Below, piece after piece: positions 61,784 to 64,000 of a DNA stretch of 64,000 nucleotides (the first letter of the stretch is position 1; each line of letters starts with the position of its first letter). Origin of the DNA: Eledone cirrhosa (taxonomy: Eukaryota); the NCBI GenBank assembly GCA_964016885.1, contig OZ024759.1, forward strand, positions 21,452,001 to 21,516,000, written 5' to 3'. A program made the translations under genes and the position numbers. The notes beneath the pieces are model-generated. The model ran no database searches. It was not told the DNA's origin and saw only the letters and a program-made list of their open reading frames with translations.

Positions 61784-62290
61784 TTGTTCTGCAATTGTTC
61801 TGCATATATGTACAAAATACTAGTAGATTCTAAATTAATTTAAATATAGAAACGGAATGTGAGATAACACACGAAATCTATTTTGAGACGTGTTACTTTC
61901 CTCTCCATTTCTATATATATATATATTTTAATGAATAAAGTTTTACCTAAAAGCAGCGGTTCGGACTCCGTCGTCTACTTATGCATGGCGTGACCATTCT
62001 ATGTGTCTGAAGTTCGAATCGTTACGAGGTCTTCGTGGCTTATTCAGCTGGGACTGTTTGCAGGATGGCTACTTGCTGGCCTGCGTTCCCGGACCTCGCG
62101 AACAACCATACACATACATTTTATGTCAATAAACCTCACATGCATTTTGGATATTGTGTTTATGTGAAGGGATTTTTATGTGGCTTTCTGGCACATCTTA
62201 ATATTAACCAGAATCTTTTGGATCTGTCATCTTTGATCATAGTCAATATTATACCTGTCTAGTTTTGAACGAAATTTTTTTTTTTTAGAT

Positions 62291-62328
<38 letters not shown>

Positions 62329-62615
62329 AATCAAAGATTAACTGTTGGTCAGTATTAACTAGATCGATAGCATTTTAACCTAGGTAGCATAGAACCATTT
62401 AGATTCTTCTTACGAAACTTCATTTACTTTCTTTGTTCGTTTTCAACACTTCATTTACATTCTTAGTTTAGTTACCTCCCTCGATGTAGGAAGGGTTTTC
62501 TTGTTTCCTCTATTTAAATCTATATATAATAAAAGACGAAATAGAAAGAATTTAATACAGTTTAATATTCGTTTTATTGATAACGTATGTAAATGACATT
62601 CATTTCCTTTTACAG

Positions 62616-62831
62616 ATGTCCAGCCTTCAAGGTCATATGCTGTGTTATTTGTCGTAACAAGTGGGAATGGCGAAGTTTCTGTAAATAAAAAAGGTTACAT
62701 TTTATATACAAATCATGTTCAGTTTATTTTGACAAAAATGAATAAAGAAATCAAGTAGAGGTTTACCAGTTGCCTCAAAAGGTAGATGGCCTCCGTAGTA
62801 CTTTTACCTGTCACAAATCCAAACTATAGAG
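62616..62831 (+). other. Exon-like segment (216 nt, phase 1-1) with two in-frame TAG
   Basis: Acceptor TTTCCTTTTACAG| and donor AG|GTATGT. Frame: VQPSRSYAVLFVVTSGNGEVSVNKKGYILYTNHVQFILTKMNKEIK*RFTSCLKR*MASVVLLPVTNPNYR. Confidence 0.3.
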
Positions 62832-63503
62832 GTATGTAATGTTTTCTTTGCCCTATACACATACATGTTATTAGATGCATACTTTATGTCAACAACTCTC
62901 ACACTTTGGATCTTGTGTTCATGTGGCTTTCTGGCACATCGTCACTCACTCAACATGCTTTCTTTGAAATTAAAACATAATTTACATACAAATAGTGTTA
63001 GCCCTTCTAAGAAACTAAACTAAACCATCTCGACACTATAGACATACTTTCTAACTCAAATTTCTCTCTATAAACCTCATTCTGTAGATCTTTCTTTAGA
63101 GACATACATATAAAACTATATACTCTCAACTAAGAAAAATATATAAACCTTCTTCTCTATACCTTTCCTTTTTTCTTCTAATAAACCTCTATACACAGCT
63201 ACATTTTATTATTTTCTCTATTTCTTTCACACGTGTCCTCTTCTATGTAGAGAGAAACCTTTGTGAGAATCGAACTCTCGATTGTAAAGTCCGACAACTT
63301 TACATAAATACTTTGCGCATTGATGTCCAATTATTTCGGCGCATGCGTACTTTAGTGAAAATTAAATGGTCGCATGAAGAACTACATGTTTTACAACGTG
63401 AATTTAAAAAAACGTTAAAAACTTGGATTTTACTAATTTTACGGAGGTAAACTAAAGCTTTATTTTATGTTGATCAATTTTATTGAAACACTTTCTGTTT
63501 ATT

Positions 63504-63614
63504 TCCCTCCATAATTGTTTCTACATTTGGCACAAGGCCAGCAAATTACCCAGTGCATTACTGGTACTTTATTTTATCGACCCCGTAAGGATGAAAGGCA
63601 AATCCCTCCATAAT
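63504..63614 (-). mobile_element. 5'-truncated SINE with a 12-bp target-site duplication
   Basis: TCCCTCCATAAT at both 63504-63515 and 63603-63614. Confidence 0.85.
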
Positions 63615-64000
63615 GTCAGAAATAATTATTTAAACATTAGTTTTGTTTAGCCACATCTACATTCTAATGTAATACAACACCCTCCTCATACATATTTCTT
63701 GCTCATACGAAATAGTGTATTTTGTTAATTATTATTTAAGCTTGTAAATAATATATTTCTATTTCCCTTCGTGATATCCTCGTATTTTGTAATCAGAGGT
63801 TAACTGTTGATCCGTGTTAACTAGATCGATATCGCTTTAACTTTTAACCTACAATCATTTATATTCTTAGTTTCTTTCGTTAGAAACTTTATTTACATTT
63901 TCAGTTTCTTATTTTCCCACCAACAATATTATGTAGACGATAGTTTTGTTTAAGCTACTGCCACATTTCTAGGTCATATGAAATAGAATTTAGCTTATTT

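Overview
Eukaryotic, AT-rich, repeat-saturated DNA, most likely from an octopod cephalopod (inferred from the dominant tRNA-derived SINE and the extreme microsatellite load). I found no intact protein-coding gene; nearly all ORFs in the track are translations of simple repeats. The window holds: a ~3.5 kb near-identical duplication across a 200-N gap (probably two haplotypes); about 12 copies of one tRNA-SINE family plus one CORE/V-type SINE; decayed fragments of Penelope-like (PLE), RTE, CR1/L2-type and CRE-type retrotransposons; two mariner-derived MITEs; and several tandem arrays, including a 42-bp array and a 14-kb, 81-bp satellite with 729-bp and 3279-bp higher-order structure. The most interesting signal is a set of short elements, mostly embedded in (TA)n, that fold back into long hairpins and carry hammerhead-ribozyme-like cores (CUGANGA...GAAAC...GUH), next to a recognisable PLE coding remnant. 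Weaker leads are a candidate promoter/first exon (~31.4 kb), a YY1/ETS motif cluster (7.8-8.9 kb) and a 216-nt phase-symmetric exon-like segment interrupted only by two TAG codons (~62.7 kb). All family assignments come from recalled motifs, not from database searches.
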